Counted from the stretch's first letter, positions 11,676 to 26,125 are shown. The stretch: DNA of 64,000 nt from Amoebophrya sp. A120 (GCA_905178155.1 CAJINV010000004.1:3125014-3189013); one strand, 5' to 3'. The notes: generated by a model not told the origin, from the letters alone. Translations and numbers: made by a program.

Positions 11676-14600
11676 CTAGATTTCCGTCCAGAACAGTTTG
11701 TTCCGCGGAAATTTGATCGAGTCCCACTGCGTTTCGCCGGTGGTCAAGTTGACCCAGTAGACGGCCGACTGCGAGAACTCCCCCGGCGTGGAGGAGGCTG
11801 TTGTGCTGGACACGCAGCGCCGCCACACCATGTGACTCGGCTTCGGGGACTCCTGGGTGCGGTACAAGTTCGTCTGGTCCAAAGGCTTCCCGTAGGGCTC
11901 TTCCGGGTCGATGTCCGAGGTATTCTTCATATACGACCCGTTGTGGTCGTCCCCGTACGGAAGTGGCTGTTCTAACCCCAGTCGCTGGTTCACCGGGGGA
12001 GATGACCCCGGACGGGACGTTATTATGGATTGCGGCGGCGTGGCTGCACTCCGTCGCCGCGGCGGGTTTCTACCGTTGGGGACCGAAGATGACGGTCTGC
12101 TCGTCGTGCCCGCCCTCGACGATGCTGCGTCTTTTAATATTGCCACAACACCAGCACCGCCCGTCGCTGCTCCACCCTCGCCCCCGCCGCGACTGACCAC
12201 CTTGAGCGAACTCGAAAAGCTTTCCTCCGCAGCACCCGTCATGCCGAACTGCTCCCTGCCCGTCCGGAAGTCGTCGACCTTCTGCCGGGCGACCGACAGC
12301 GGGTCTAGCCCCCACTCCAGGTCGATTTCCTTGTCCACGAACTCTACGAACTTCTTCGGCCGCTGCTTCGGCTTCTGCTTCGTGTAGCCCTTGGCTAAGC
12401 GGTCGACCTCTTCCTTGGTGAGCTGCAGCGGAATTTCGAACGTCATCTGCTTGTCGAACCTGTGCCTCTTTCGCGTCTTCACCTTGCGTTTCAGGTTCAC
12501 CGGCCAGGGGAAGTCCGGAATGAATTCGCGCATGTACGGGTCCTGCTCCGCGCGCTCCAGCCGCCGGTCGTATTCCATACTGTCGTAAATCTCCTTCTCC
12601 TCCTGGACTTTCAGAGCTACCTCCTTGTCCATATCGGCGTCCGTTGGCTCGTAGTGGAGAACGCATTCCGGCAGGAGGGGCCCTTTATTGCGTTGATCAT
12701 GCACGTCATGTTGATCTTCGTCATAAACCTGTATTGCCGTTGCGCCGTCCCCCGGTAGTTGTCCTGCTGGTGATGTTGGGTGGTGGTCATGATCTGCAGT
12801 TCGACTGTCGACAGCACATTCTTGTTGATCTGTGCCAGCACTGCGACGTTGCTCACCACTTCGCGTCATGTTTTCGTCAGCGTCACTAGTAGCGCTGCTA
12901 TCTGCGGGTACTGCACGCGCGGTCGTTCCACCACTGCTTTTCCGTTTTTTCCTAACCTTTCGCTCATCATCTTCCCCTTCACCGCTGTCATCGCTCGAAA
13001 TGTCGTCGTCGTCGGACTTTATTGCATCTTGATACTTCTCGTCCAGCGCTTTCTGTTCCGCTACGCCATCTCCCCCTCCCAGCTCTTCCACGACAGCTCC
13101 ATCAGGACCTGCTGTCGCACCATGATCCTCTTCTTCCGCAGGGAACACAACCATTTCTGGGTGCGCGAGGGGCACATACCGTCGCGCCACTTTCGTAGCC
13201 ATGGGTGGGTAGTAGGTCGCCTTGTCTCGGCCGAAGTATTATCAAGTGTAAAAGTGTCTGGGTCTGGAAGATTCATGCTGTTTTTGCATGACACACAAGG
13301 TCTGGCATGGAAGCTCTAGCGTCACAGGTTTCGAGAACTTCCGCAATGCCGAATCCGCATGACAAATCCCTCACTTTGGTGACAGAAAGTGCGCAGCTTT
13401 TGCTACCTATGCATGAGAGATTTTTCTGTGTTCTGAAATGCGCATCACAAGTTGCATTCTTCCAGACCCAGACATTTTTGCAGTCCATAAGTATTCCTCC
13501 GGCGCAACAACTCCTTTGTTCCGTAGTTGCGCGAGCGGAAGGGGCACGAAAGGGCGGGTGAGGGACTGCTCGAGGATCATGATGTTGCGGGGGTCTTGTT
13601 CTTGATTTTCGGCGGTGTCTAGTTGTGCGGTGGTGGTAGGCTGATGTTTTCCTTCGTCTACAACTACCGGCGCAGCCCCCTCATCGACCGAGGCACAACT
13701 CGGCCCTGATTGTTGCAAGTCGGACGGAGACAGCGCCGCCGCCGGGACGGGCAGCTGCGCGGGGTCTTGATCTTGACGGACTTTGTCTTTGTGCTCGTCA
13801 TCCTCTTCTCCTTGCCGGGGAACTTGTTCATCATGAACATGATGATCTGCATCTGCCGCGCCTTCAACTAGTACAGTTGTTGGATCTGTCTGGTCCTGAG
13901 AAGGAGTTGGATCCTGGTCCACCTCTACTTCCTCCACCACTTCCTTCTCCTCCATCGCCTCCTCGAGTGCGGTGCCGGTTTTCCCCCTTCCCAAAAATTT
14001 GAAAGTTCGTTTCATCTGGAACCGCTCCAGCCAGTCCTGGACCAGCGAACTTTTATTCAGCTTTTTGTAGTCCTCGGCCTCCTTGTGCAGAGCGGCTATT
14101 TCCAGTTGTAATTCCAGCGCCGCCTGCTTCCTCTTTTCTTTCCGCGCAGACGAAGCACGCGCTTTGCGCTCGTAGGTTTCCTGAGTAACACTGTTGGTCT
14201 TCGGTTCCAGTCTGTCAGTCAAGAATTCCACGAAATCCTCCTTCATGGCGCTCAGCGACATTTTCGACGCGACAAACACGGCCCGGTCGAGATTCTTCTT
14301 CGTTTCCCTCGCACCGGCAATGGCGAGCTGCTTCCCACTTGTCTTTATCCTCTCCACCAGCGTGGGCGGCTTTTCCTGCAACGCGTCCATGGTTTCCGCG
14401 AGGATGCGTTCCTGTTCCAAAGCCTGCTCGCTCGCACTCGCCGCAGTTCCCTGACCTTGCTCCTTCTGGCGCTCGGATTCGAGGAGTGCCGGTAACGGTT
14501 TTTTTCCCCTTAATTTCCGGTACAGGTTGATCACTTTCCGAAACTTGTTCCTGAGTTTGAACTGGAACAAAATTTTCTCGTCCTCCAACCGTTTCTTGAT

Positions 14601-16376
14601 CCTGTTCCTCCTATAGTCGAACCACAGCGCCTCTGTGATTTCCGGAATCGTGGAGGGCAACGATCCGGGCCCGAACATCACGAACCCCTCGGCGTTGACC
14701 GCGTGCTCCGCCGACGCTTCGACAACTAAGGATGCGAGCGTTTGGTCGTCGCAGTGGAGGAGCTCCTTCATCTGCTTACACCACAGCGGAAAGTTTTTCA
14801 TCTTTTTCGACTTCTTCGTCGCGCTCTTCCACAGCCCGCTGCTGTACACCGCTTCGAGCGTGGGTTTAATCAGAAGCTTTCTCGGAAATGGCTTTCTCCT
14901 CTCCAACAACAGCCATTCCACCCGATCTACCCCGCCCTTCCCGACCCTTCGTAGATTCCGCGCGTGGAACTGAATGACGCGTTTGGTGAAAGCGTGGTTT
15001 TTCAGCTCGTCGTTTTTATCCGTTTGGTCGAAATTCTCGAAATCCACTTCCCCGACTGAGCTCTCCTGGTCCTCAGCTTCCTCGCCCTCGGCGGTTTTAT
15101 CTTTAAATAGCTTGAACGGCCGGAGTTTCGCCTGTTGCAATTCATACGCCGACATGCCCTTTAAAGGGTCCGCGGGGTCGTATTCCTCTTGATTTTCCTT
15201 GTCGCTGTCGGTGACAACGTACGGGTCCCAACCGCTCAAAATCTCCGTTGCCACATCCGACACCTCACTCATCTCAGCGATGGACCGGGGAAAGAGTTCG
15301 GATTTCTTCTTCGGCCTCTCTTCCTCCTGTTTATTTTTTGCCTGGGTTTTTCTCCTTTTCTTTTTCGACGCTCCTATCCTCTGTATTCCGATAATGTTGC
15401 TGCTCGAGGAATTAGATGAGTTGGCTCCATCCCCTTGGCCGGCGCCATTGCTGCTACCATCACTGAAATCATCTTCGCTAGAAGAAGAGCTAGAACTGCT
15501 ACTGTCCTGCCTTCGGCCGAACGGAGAAGCTGCTCGCGTCTTCTTCGAACCGCGGCCCTCACTCGAGTCGGCGGAGGAGGAATTCCCCCCCAGCCCGCTG
15601 TCTCTCCGATGCATCATCTGCGCAATTTTGGCGGATGCCGCGGCCGGCTTTTTCATCATCTCCTCCCGCATTTCTTCCTCCTCTGCTTCCATCCGCAACA
15701 CCGTTATCGCGGCAAACTTTTTTTCCCGCTTTTTTTGCCGCTTTCCCTCCTTCATGTCCTCCTTTTCCTGCAACTTGTCCATTTTCCGCTCATGGTATCT
15801 CCGTTTCTTCTCGTTCACGGCTTTTTCCGCTTCGAAAATTTCAACTCTTTTCTCTTTGATCCCATTCTCATACTCCGACCACGCTTTTTTAAACTCATTT
15901 TCATAAATAAACGTCTTTTTGTCAATCACCCCGTTAGTCTTGTTCACAAAAGCCGTGATCCGCAAATCCCTTTCCCTCCGGAAATCCGCTGGCTCGTACC
16001 GCATCGCCTGAACGATCGACGGCGCGTGGACGGTGTCTGGGTCCGCTTTAAGCAGTAATCGAACCTCGCCGTCTTTCAGGTTTTGCTTCTGTTGCCGGTT
16101 GAAAATGTCGTGGATCGTGTTGCCCGCGACACCAACCGTGCCGGTGATCCGCACCTGTCTCTCATTCTGCAGTTTCTGCTTCACCTGTTGATCCTTATCG
16201 TAATCAATCGGCCGGGCCCGGATGTGCTTGCTTTCCGGGGGTGACCACTTTTTAGGCGGTTTTACATGCTCAGACGGGGGTTCCAGACAGAGAAATTGGT
16301 ACAGGCAGCTGAGAAAAATCAAGCAGCCAACGACGATGCCCACCAGCATCGCAATATCGTCGCCGGTAATGGCCAT
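11676..16376 (-). CDS. Large (~1480 aa) hypothetical protein: N-terminal TM helix, coiled-coil and low-complexity regions, C-terminal WW-like motif
   Basis: ORFs 13407-16376 and 11676-13202 join in frame (EEYFGRDKATYYPPMATK) after removing the element at 13240-13489; TM segment IAMLVGIVVGCLIFLSCLYQF; C-terminal YWVNLTTGETQWD. Confidence 0.8.
13240..13489. mobile_element. TIR introner, family A
   Basis: Family A TIRs; TSD AGTAT/AGTAT; joins two long ORFs in frame. Confidence 0.92.
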
Positions 16377-17685
16377 GATTTTCGGACGTCCAGGTCCACG
16401 TCAGAAGCTCTGTAAAGACGCCGATTAGTACCGGTCCGAGTGAAGCTTGTTGAGGTCGCGGGTGCGGATTTTCTCGGCACTTGTAGTACCAGCAAAACAA
16501 AGGAAAGAAACTGGAGATGCGAACATCGCCGCAGTTCCGCGATCGCTCTAAAAATCCATCTTTTCACACCAGCTGCACCAGCCCACGGGAGGTTTGCCCA
16601 AACACCTTGCGCTTCCTCACGACATATTCATCAAGGTTGCATCAGCTCACTGGAACCAGATAAAACTGCGTAGTTGTGCTCGATGGAAAACTGCAATGTT
16701 GGTTAAGACAAATGCGAAATGTACATACGTACACGTAGTAGTGCATGCCAACACGACGAGGAAATAGATGAAGCATCATTCACAGATACAAACAAGCAAC
16801 TAGCGCTAGCAAAGCCCATGATGATAGATATATACAACATGATAGGGAATTTCAATGGGGTCCTGTGAAACGGTGGGAAAGCACTCATACTTCTTGCGAT
16901 GATGCTTCATCACCTGGTGCTGCAACTTGGTAGAACCGACTGAGTACAGCCTGTTCGTGCGCCAAACACACACGAAGAGGACTGCGAATCGCAAAAAACA
17001 TATGTAGATAGTTTTTCTTTTTTCCCACGGCAAAAAAATGTAAACCTTCAAGGGCAAGCACGTCTGTCCACCCTCATCGCCAACATGCAACAAAAATGAT
17101 CTTTTCTTCACATCGGGATCATCGAAGAACGAAAACTGTTTGGCGTCTTTCTGTGGACGAAAGAAACATTTTGTACGATGTATCAAAAGAACGATTAACT
17201 TTTTACGAAAATACCACGATACGACCGGTCGCAAGATTTCCGGAAGATGAATAGTAGAAACGCAAGCACGATAAAAGAGGCATGCACCAGTGTCGTAGGC
17301 TTCACAAAGAGAGTAAAGTGGCAAGAACGAAAACTAGAACGACGACGAAGATGTAAAGGCAGATTTGCTAAACGCGGCCTGAAGATTGCAACAAGCTCCA
17401 ATTCTTTGATCCTTCCGAAATCGAAATCAAGAATCAAGATCAACATAGATAAGTAATATCATGGCGGGCGCGTCCGTATACAATTGCGAAGGCAAAGCGT
17501 ACGTGTTCGATAGACATATGCATTTTTGAAAAAATGAATAGTATTTAGCAATAGGTGCATTTATATCTTGTTCGATCTTTTTTGCATACACGAAACATCA
17601 TCCTCTGTCTAGACCTAGAGCAAGAACTTCAGTGGTCGAAGCGGGAGTTCTCTCTACCCGCCCGGAATAGAAGTGACAAAAGCAC

Positions 17686-19271
17686 TCACTTTCCCTGACG
17701 TTCCAACGTCGTGTCTGGGTAGCTCCACTCCACTCCCGGTATGTAACCCAAACTGTCGTACAGCTCTTGCCTCGAAAACATTTTCGCCGTGTGCTGTTCC
17801 AAAGTTGCCTCCCGGTCTTGCAGCACCTCGAGGCACTGCTGGACGCCCTGCATGGCGCACCGAAGGGTGGAAACGGGAAAGATGACGCAGTGGTAGCCCA
17901 TTTTCTCAAAGTCAGCCACGGACACGTACGGTGTTTGGCCGAACTCCGTCATGTTCGCGAGGAGGTAGGGCGGTTTTGGAAGGTTCTTCATCTTTGTGGA
18001 AAACTCTTGAAATTCCTCGCGGGTCTGGAGACCCTCGGGAAAAATCATCTCGGCTCCAGCGGCGACGTAGCTGCGGTTCGTTTGGGAGATACATTTTCGC
18101 TTTATAACTTGACACGTCGGTTGTTCACACTCTACAAAAGTCATGTTTTTGCTTCTGCAAAACAAGTCAGATATGTTACGAAAACAAAAATTCTTCGTCA
18201 TCAAATAATCACAGTACGCTGTCGCCCTGGCTACTGCGTCCTCCATTCCAACCACCCCTCTTGCGTCGGTCCTGGCGCAAATCAAGAACTCGCCGTCCGA
18301 GTGCTTTTTCGAGGCTGCGACGGCGCGCTCCACCTTTTCCACCATTTCCGTGCAGGGGATGAGGGATTTCCCCTTCAGGTGCCCGCACCTCTTCGGGAAC
18401 ACCTGGTCCTCGATGTGCAAGCAGGCCGCGCCGGCGTGAATGTATTCCACCGTCGTCCTATCCAGGTAAAAACTAAAACACCCATCCCCATCCAATTTGT
18501 CATGCAAAACATGCATAATCTCCTGTGTTTGTCATGCAAAAAATGGATGTGGATGGGTTTCTTTCTGTGGATACGTCCGCGTCACCATCTCGGCTTCCCC
18601 GAACCCGGTGTCCGCATCGCAAATCAGCGGGAGCCCGCTCGCGAGCGTGATCTCCTTTATTCTGGCGGTAAAATGATCCAGTATCAAATGGAAAAACGTC
18701 TGGGTCTGGAAACTTGTGATGCTGGTTGGCGAATCAAGAGAACGCCAGAAATGACGGCTCAGCATGACAGGTTTTTGAGTCGCTAGGTGTTGCCTATTCT
18801 GCATGAGAAACTGGGTTTTTGCATGACACAAAAGTGGCGCTTTTGGGTACCTTGCATGACAGACTTGACAGTCATGCTAGCAGAGCATGACAAACCTGGC
18901 ATTTTTCCAGACCCAGACATATTTGCAATGCATGTCCAGCGTCAGAACGCCAATGTCGGGCACCCCCGCGCTCGCGGTCAGCGCGGCTCCGGACACGTAG
19001 GCGGCCTTGAACCCCTATCCTGTGCAAAAGCAAAAGTATCGCACTCGTCCTGCAGTCATGCATTACAAATCTTTAGTTAAGGAAGATCCGCATTGCAAAT
19101 CTTATTTCTCATGCTGAGAAAATTTGCAATGCATTTGTACGAGTGCGATACTTTTGCACTGCATAACCCCTTCTCGGCCGCAATCCGACCGGCCAACCCG
19201 CAGAAAGCGCCGGGCACGGCAACGCACTCGGTGTCGAGCGCGCGGCGAAGAAGACGGGCGTACTTCGACAT
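17686..19271 (-). CDS. prpB: 2-methylisocitrate lyase (ICL/PEP mutase superfamily)
   Basis: Spliced motifs GFKAAYVSGAA, LPLICDADTGFG, HIEDQVFPKRCGH (PrpB-type KRCGH), ICARTDA, IFPEG, LLANMTEFGQTP. GT-AG intron 18071-18217 plus three TIR elements. Confidence 0.88.
18459..18573. mobile_element. TIR introner, family E
   Basis: TATCCAGGTAAAAACTAAAACACCCATCCCCATCCAATTT...TGTGGATA; TSD CGTCC; join VTRTTVEY. Confidence 0.9.
18682..18934. mobile_element. TIR introner, family A (right end ATG)
   Basis: Family A TIRs; TSD TCCAG/TCCAG; join LTLDHFTAR. Confidence 0.9.
19016..19165. mobile_element. TIR introner, family B
   Basis: AAAAGTATCGCACTCGT / ACGAGTGCGATACTTTTGCACTGCATA; TSD ACCCC; join EKGFKAAY. 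Confidence 0.9.
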
Positions 19272-19841
19272 ATCGCTATTGCATTTTTTTCTTTTGGAGT
19301 ACGGCAGCAAAGGCGTCGGCGGAGCAGAGCAAGTCAGTAGAAAAATTGAAATATGATATTCAACAACCACATCTCACACACGATTGCTTCAATACTCATC
19401 ACAGAGCATCAAAACCTTTGCGTGAGACACGCCAGTATTTCATGTGCTTCTTGAATGTGGAGGTCCATCAGAAAAATAACGGTAAAGCAGAACGAGGCGC
19501 ACGTGTAAAGGCAGGGTAAGAATAAGGCGGACGCCACGTCAAGAGAACAAGCTGTAACACGAATGTTTCCACTTGCAGCATTGTACTTGTCCTGGTGCAA
19601 GCAAGAGTTAGCATCTCTTGTATTACCATTTCTACACCTTTGCATTAACATTTTGAAATCCTTTTTACAGGTAGCAGTTCGCATTAGTTCAACGTCTCTG
19701 TGCAGGTCTTCTGGTGCGAACGTAAACAATAGTCTCAAAATTACAATTGGGTTGTTTCATTTTTTCCGTGGCGAATACCGACGGATAATTAAGGGAATAG
19801 CCATTCTCGTCCCATCGCCATATAGCGGGCGAAAAGGATGA

Positions 19842-21503
19842 GTGTTGTGGTAGGTACTGTTGGTGCAGGGGCGGTGCTGTGCGCCAGATCACTGTAGAAG
19901 TCGCCTCCTCGCGGCCTTGAATGGTACATGGAGAAAATACCTGAAATTAGAATTATCACGATTTTAGTAAATTTCAAGGGCGTGTACTCAGGTGCCGATC
20001 GCTTATATTTTTTTCTCAAATAGAAATATAAATCTTAATCTACGCGAATAGAATAAGAAGTTTGGTCTGCCCTGTTGTGCTTTTTACTGAATGATGGCAA
20101 TTTTTTCGGTGATCGGCTTTCGTTGCCGAAATCGACGATCCAGATCTACTCTTCTCTACAAGATCAGCAAAGAAATGACATAAAACGTACTTAAGTACAC
20201 ATTTCCAATGCTTTTCGATACTCCAGGTGATTCGGTGTCGCGTTTTGCCTGATGCTTGGGATTTTTTCTGCTCCGACTTTTGGTGCGTTTTGTGCCACAA
20301 GGTGGCTTCCTACCAGCACGGTACGCGTCCGAATCTCCCCAAAGCGAGGCTCCATTTTGGCATTGAGCGTGACAGCTTCTTGGAACAAGACACCTTCGCA
20401 ATTCGCCTTTATTGCTCTTCCGCCGGAGATTGGTTCATCTGTAGTTTTTTTTTTTTTGATATAGTTTTCATCGTGGACGTTCATGCACCTTCTAGGTAAA
20501 TCGTTTTCGACGTAAAGTAAAAAATAAAATTACACTGCAAGGACCTGTGAAAAGACTTCAAGAACTTACCGCATCCTCGTCAGGAGGGCACTTTTACTTC
20601 TCCTCTCGCACAGCGGCCCATGCTATGGAAGTTTGAATTGACATTTTGTTCGTGTCGAGCTCGAGTATCGACAGATAAATCGGGTACAGCCATCCTCCAG
20701 TCGACAAACGAGATCCTATAGAGAGCGAAAAGAAGGAGCGTTGTGGTGCTGTTGGTGTAGCGGCGGCACGGTGCGCCAGATCATTGTAGAAGTCGCCTTC
20801 CTTCGCTCCTGCTCAGGGTCTTGAGTGGTACATAAAGAAAATACCTGCAATTAGAATTATCATGATGTAGTAACTGTAATTCCGCGTACTCAGCAGGTGG
20901 AGATCACTTTACTTTCTCAAAAAGAGGTATAATTTCAAACAAAGCAGTTTGCTTCTGCCCTGTTGTGCTCTTTACTGAATGTTGGCGCTTTCGGTGATCG
21001 GCTTTAGTGACCGAAATCGAATCACTCTACAAGATCAGCAAAGAAATGAAAGAAAAGAGAAAACGTACACGCTTCCAATGCTTCTCGATAATCGCAGTGA
21101 TCTGGCGCTGGCATCGCGTTTTCCCTGATGTTTGGGATTTTTTCTGCTCCGACTTTTGCGACTTGTGCCACAAGGTTGCTTCCTACCAGCAAGGTACGCG
21201 TCCGAATCTATCTCCCCAAAGCGAGGTTCCATTTTGGCATTGGGCGTGACAGCTTCTTGGACAAGGAGATCTTCGCAACGCCTTTGCTCTTCTGCAGGAC
21301 GAGGTTGATTCATCTGCAGTTTTTCTTTTTTTTTTTGCGAATGGGTTTCATCATAAATTGTTATTAATTTGTTTATGCACCTAGGTGAATTGCTTTCGCA
21401 AACCGAAAAAGAAAAAGTAAAAGACACTGCGACCAGGTGTGAAAAAGTTCCATCTTACCACTTCTTCGGCAGGACACATTTACTTCTCTTCTCGCACGGC
21501 CCA
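19842..21503. repeat. Diverged tandem duplication, ~780-bp units (19842-20620 and ~20740-21503); possibly decayed gene fragments
   Basis: Collinear shared blocks GTGCGCCAGATCAyTGTAGAAGTCGCC, GATTTTTTCTGCTCCGACTTTTG, CCATTTTGGCATTG and TTTACTTCTCyTCTCGCAC, with indels. Confidence 0.85.
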
Positions 21504-22286
21504 TCAGTCACCACTGTCAGTGAAGAAGTCCGCTAGCGCACTTGCAGTTCTTGATTCCAGGCAGAGCGCAATTGATTTTGATCCCGAGTACAAACACAAA
21601 CAGGTAGGATCACCACGATAATTAAAAAAGGATATTGATTTTTACGCAGGAGAAAAACAAATATTGAGACTGAAGCAAGCGAAACAAGATTAGAAACGTA
21701 GCATTAAGATCAACAGTTCTACGTGTGTCGCACTCGCACGCGACCAATTGGTGAAATAAAAGTTCTTTGAGAATAAATACAGCCTCGGACTTCTTCTAAT
21801 GTCAATGTGTACTGGCGCTGACATCATACTTCTGACGAAGACGGGGTGCGCGTCCGCTGTAGTACCCGTGGAAATTCTTTCTCTTTGTTCGCACGACAAT
21901 TCAGATTTATATATTATATGTATAAATATTTTAATTCAATTCATTTTTAATCGCGACTCTCAGTGTGATTGTGTTGCTGGGTATTGTTCATATCATGAAT
22001 TGTAGGTACAAAATTTATTCATTCGAAGGTGGAAGGAGGAGAGGAATCCTTCACACCTGTATCCTTGTCCTATATTCAAAAGCGAATTTAAATTATTGAA
22101 ACAAACTGAAACAGAAACTTGCACTTGGAGAATAGTTATACCTTCACTTACAGAGCAGAGTGTCGGTGCGCGTTTATCGATACTTCTGACTTTCATCAAT
22201 TCGAATTCTTTTAATTTTAGTAGATTCAGCAGAGTGATTCACTTTCAAGAATCAAGATTTCACATGTCGCAGCATCATACCCACAA

Positions 22287-25265
22287 CTAGTGTCCTTTCG
22301 CCGCCGCGTTCGACGGCGGGCCGCCATTCTTCGTCGGATCCATCAAACCCGAATCCTGCGGGTCGCCAAAGACGTTATGGATTGTAAAAGTGTCTGGGTC
22401 TGGAAAATTGTGATGCTGGGTGGCGTATCATGAAGAGGCCACAAGTGCTGGCTCAGCATGACAAGCTCTTGAGCTTCAGCTTCTAGGTGTTGCCTATTCT
22501 GCATGACAAACTGCGTTTCTGCATGACAGCAAAGTGGGGCTCTTGGGTAACGTGCATGACAGGTTTAAGAGTCATGCCAGACAAGCATGACAAACTTGCA
22601 TTTTTCCAGACCCAGACATTTTTAGTTTTACACTTGATAGACGCGCCGCCACAGCCATTGGCTGAACCACGAGTCCGGATCGGATGTACCAAAGTCGTCG
22701 AAGTCGTAGAGTTCGTCCTCCAGGAGCTCCACAGCAATCTGCTCCTCATCCGCGTTCATCTCGATTTTCAACTTTTTCTTCTTGTCGCCGGCGGTCGTGA
22801 CCTCAAGGAGTAATTTTTTGCACGGGTGGATTACAGACATGGCAGGCACTTGAACACTAAATGAAAATGTCGTCCGACTTCTAAAACATGATGATCAGCT
22901 TGACCTCGACGACCATCTTCAAAACAAAATGCCACTGCTACTGCATCAAAAAATGAGTGGATCGATAGTGAGCACTTTTACCATCGTCGCTGCGTCGCTC
23001 TTCCCACAAGTTGTGTTAACTGGAGACTGCGACGATGTGCCAGCATTCAAGGAGCAGCTGCAGGGCAAGCTAGTAGGAGTCGAGGCGGGCGGGGGCGTTG
23101 CATTTCCGGACGCCGCTGCCGCACCGGTGTCACCATTAAGCGTGTCGCGACAAGCTTGACCTTGCGTATTTTTCATTTGATTATATTTTTTCATATCTTC
23201 ATGCAGCTCTGGTCCTACACCACAACTAAGTACTTGAAACTGCTGTCGAATGGAAACAAACATGGATTTCATGTTGGTCAAACAGCAAGAACAGCACCCA
23301 CACAGACAACAAAGAATAAAACTTCTCACCGGCCCCGGCACCGCTGCTCAGAGTGCCATAACCCCCTTGACCACCAGAAGTGGGACGATTCAGCTTTTTT
23401 TTGCTGATGCTCGTGGTCTCGCGTGGCTGCGCCGAGCCGGCTTCGCTTCGCGTCTGCAAGTAGCAAAACACCAATAGTGCGACCAAAACTGAAAGCACCG
23501 TACAGAAATTCACCGCTTGCGAGTATTCCGCTCCGATTACTGTGGAAGTCGTCACAAACCAGCTGAACAGCAGGAAAAAGATGACGACGCCTACGATCCC
23601 GGTTGTGTTCGCGATCAGCTTCTGGCTCGGTCCCGCACCGGCGACCGGGTGGTAGAAGAAACAGCGAAAGGCGCCACCGACAACGAACAAGATGAGCAAC
23701 GCGCTGACGTACATTTCGTGCGCAGTCAGGTGGTGATGCGCGAGGTTGATTTCGTACCCGGAAGGACGTGAAGACGTGCTTTGTTGCTGTTTCTTGTTGA
23801 AGTGAAAGGTGTCATCACTTTGCTGGCCGCCATTGTCGTGATCGGTGTTCGGCATCTGCTTGTAGTTCGTGTCCTGTTCAAAGGTGGTGGCACTTGCTCC
23901 GTTGACGAAGCCGGAAATCGGTTGGACCACGTACGATTGAATGAAAGACGAACTGTAGTCGGACGAGGACAAGGACTGCCCTGGATGCAGAAGTTGTTCT
24001 TGGGTCGAAGAAGTTTGCGCCTCCGACGGTACGTGCTGTTCTTGGTCCGTTTCGGTTGCAGCGAGGGGATCGATAACGCTAACGGTCATGGCTTGCAGCT
24101 TTTGACCAGTGATGAATTGTTTTTGCTGCTTGTTATTGTGGTCTTGCCCCCAATCGGAGTCGTCGTGAGCACCACCGGTGTAGTGCTGCTCTGATTCCGA
24201 CGTCTTCTCGGGCGTTGTGAGTTGTGTTGCGCGGTGCTCATGTGGTGCTGTAACTGGATCACTACGCACTGCAGGCAACGCCGTTTTTTCTCGATCGTTG
24301 GTATTCGCATTGCTATCGTGAAAAATGTCTTGGTTTTTGTGCTGGACCTCGGCAGTTGGAACGACGTTGCTACTTTTACCTGGATCTCGATGCGGTAGTT
24401 CAGTACCTGCGGCGTCTTGCTTCCGTTGTCGTTGCTCTGGCTGATCCGGTTGATCTAGTTCGAAGTAGTTAAGCTGCCGACTTTCGATTGCAGAAGATGA
24501 CGTTCCCGTCTCTTTGTCGGGCAGAGCTTTGGCATGTTCCAAGAGCTTCTTCAAGTTCTCCTGGAACCTTTTCCTGGCTTCAGATGCTGTTTTTTCCTCT
24601 TCTTGTTCTTTTTCATTTATTTCCCCTGCTGTACTGCCTTGCGCAGCCGAAGCCGCAGCCTCCAGCGTCGTCTTTTCCGCGTAGACAGGCAGCTCTTCTT
24701 CTTCAAAAGCGGTGAGAAGCGCACTCAATTCCGTGTGGAGTTCGGAGTCGTCCGAGGGTTTTCGGAGTAGGTTGTTCAAAGCCTTCATCAACCCCGAACC
24801 GACCACGATACGCTCTTTCGCCTTGTTGTCTCCCGTCATACTACTCCACGGCAATTTCACGGCGTCCTCTTGCTCTTTTACTAACGCCTCGAACTCGGCT
24901 TGGAGGAATTTGATGACTGTTTCTATGATGGGGCCGATTTCCTCCTTGCTTGTCTCTTTGCTTGTGGGTGCGGCCGCACTTTTGTTTATTTTCTCTTCTA
25001 GTGTTTGCAGCTCTTTCTCCAGATGGAAAATAAAGTTATCGACTACGGCCTTAATCTCGGTTTGCTCCAGATGCCCATTAGGCGACGCCCAGACTGCGCT
25101 CAAAGATTGGAGCTCCGGTTTCTTACCTGCAGGTACAGGAGAATCGAGTGGCGCATTGGCCTCCTCAGTGACAAGGGCATCATTTCGTTCCACAACCGTA
25201 GATACCTGCCCCATTTTGGCAAACAAATCGAGCAAGTTGATAAAATTGGTTTTTGTGGTCAGGTC
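22287..25265 (-). CDS. Hypothetical membrane protein (three hydrophobic helices near 23450-23710); multi-exon, 5' end and internal junctions uncertain
   Basis: 669-aa ORF 23226-25235; last exons join as WLWRRVFGDPQ...KGH* after removing the element at 22376-22639; linkage of these parts into one gene is inferred. Confidence 0.55.
22376..22639. mobile_element. TIR introner, family A
   Basis: TATGGATTGTAAAAGTGTCTGGGTCTGGAAAA...TTCCAGACCCAGACATTTTTAGTTTTACACTTGATA; TSD GACGT/GACGC. Confidence 0.9.
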
Positions 25266-26125
25266 CTAAAATGCAGGGACGGAAGTAAGAACGGGAAAAC
25301 GAACGACGCAACAACTACTGGAGGAGGAGGTTTTCTATTTGATGCACTTATTCTATCGTGCGTGGAACACTTACACTTCTGCCCATATCGTGCCAGCTTT
25401 AACTTCGCGGACCGGACACGCTCTATGATCCACCGGGAAGTGGCACTCACAGGACAGTGACACTGAGGTCTGAGAGGCAGAAGAAGCAACAATATTATCA
25501 ATATTATACGAAAATGCGATTACTAATCTTTATCGTACTTAATGACAACACCTCATTGCGAGTCACAGCGCTCAACGACCCGAAGAACGAACGAGGATTA
25601 AAAGCACTTCGACACAAGATAGAATAACACTCAGGACTGCTACTTCTACTTGTCATGACCAGCAACAGATGTATTTAACAGAAGCAACAACTGTTGCGGC
25701 TGGTCATGCCATGGACGGACAAGACAGTGGATGCGCCAGTTCGTTGTGAAGAACTACTTGTACGGGTTTAGGGTTTTTACTTGTATAGCGACGCAGTAGT
25801 AAAAAATAGTTTACAGATCATTTTTGTAAGACGACCTAATACATAAACGGGTTTAGGGTTCCGGCTTGTGTTCAGGCCTGAGAGGTGACCACGCTGCTCC
25901 TTTCTAGTCGTGTGCCAGGTTGCGAACAGATGAAAGCCCGCTCCTGTCTATCGAGGAACTGAGTAAGAGGCAACGCCAATCTTCACCTGATTCCCATCCC
26001 ATCCCAACTTCTAAATCTAAAAGTCTGAAACTGAATGACACATAGTATTTCCCTCCGGCATTTATTTCAGTACTCTCGTATCTCTCTTTTTCTACTCACG
26101 CGACAAGCTTATCTCTCACGCGCGC

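Noticed and set aside
17767-18786. 339-aa plus-strand ORF and other long plus-strand ORFs
   Set aside because: Antisense shadows of GC-rich minus-strand coding sequence, with no motifs.
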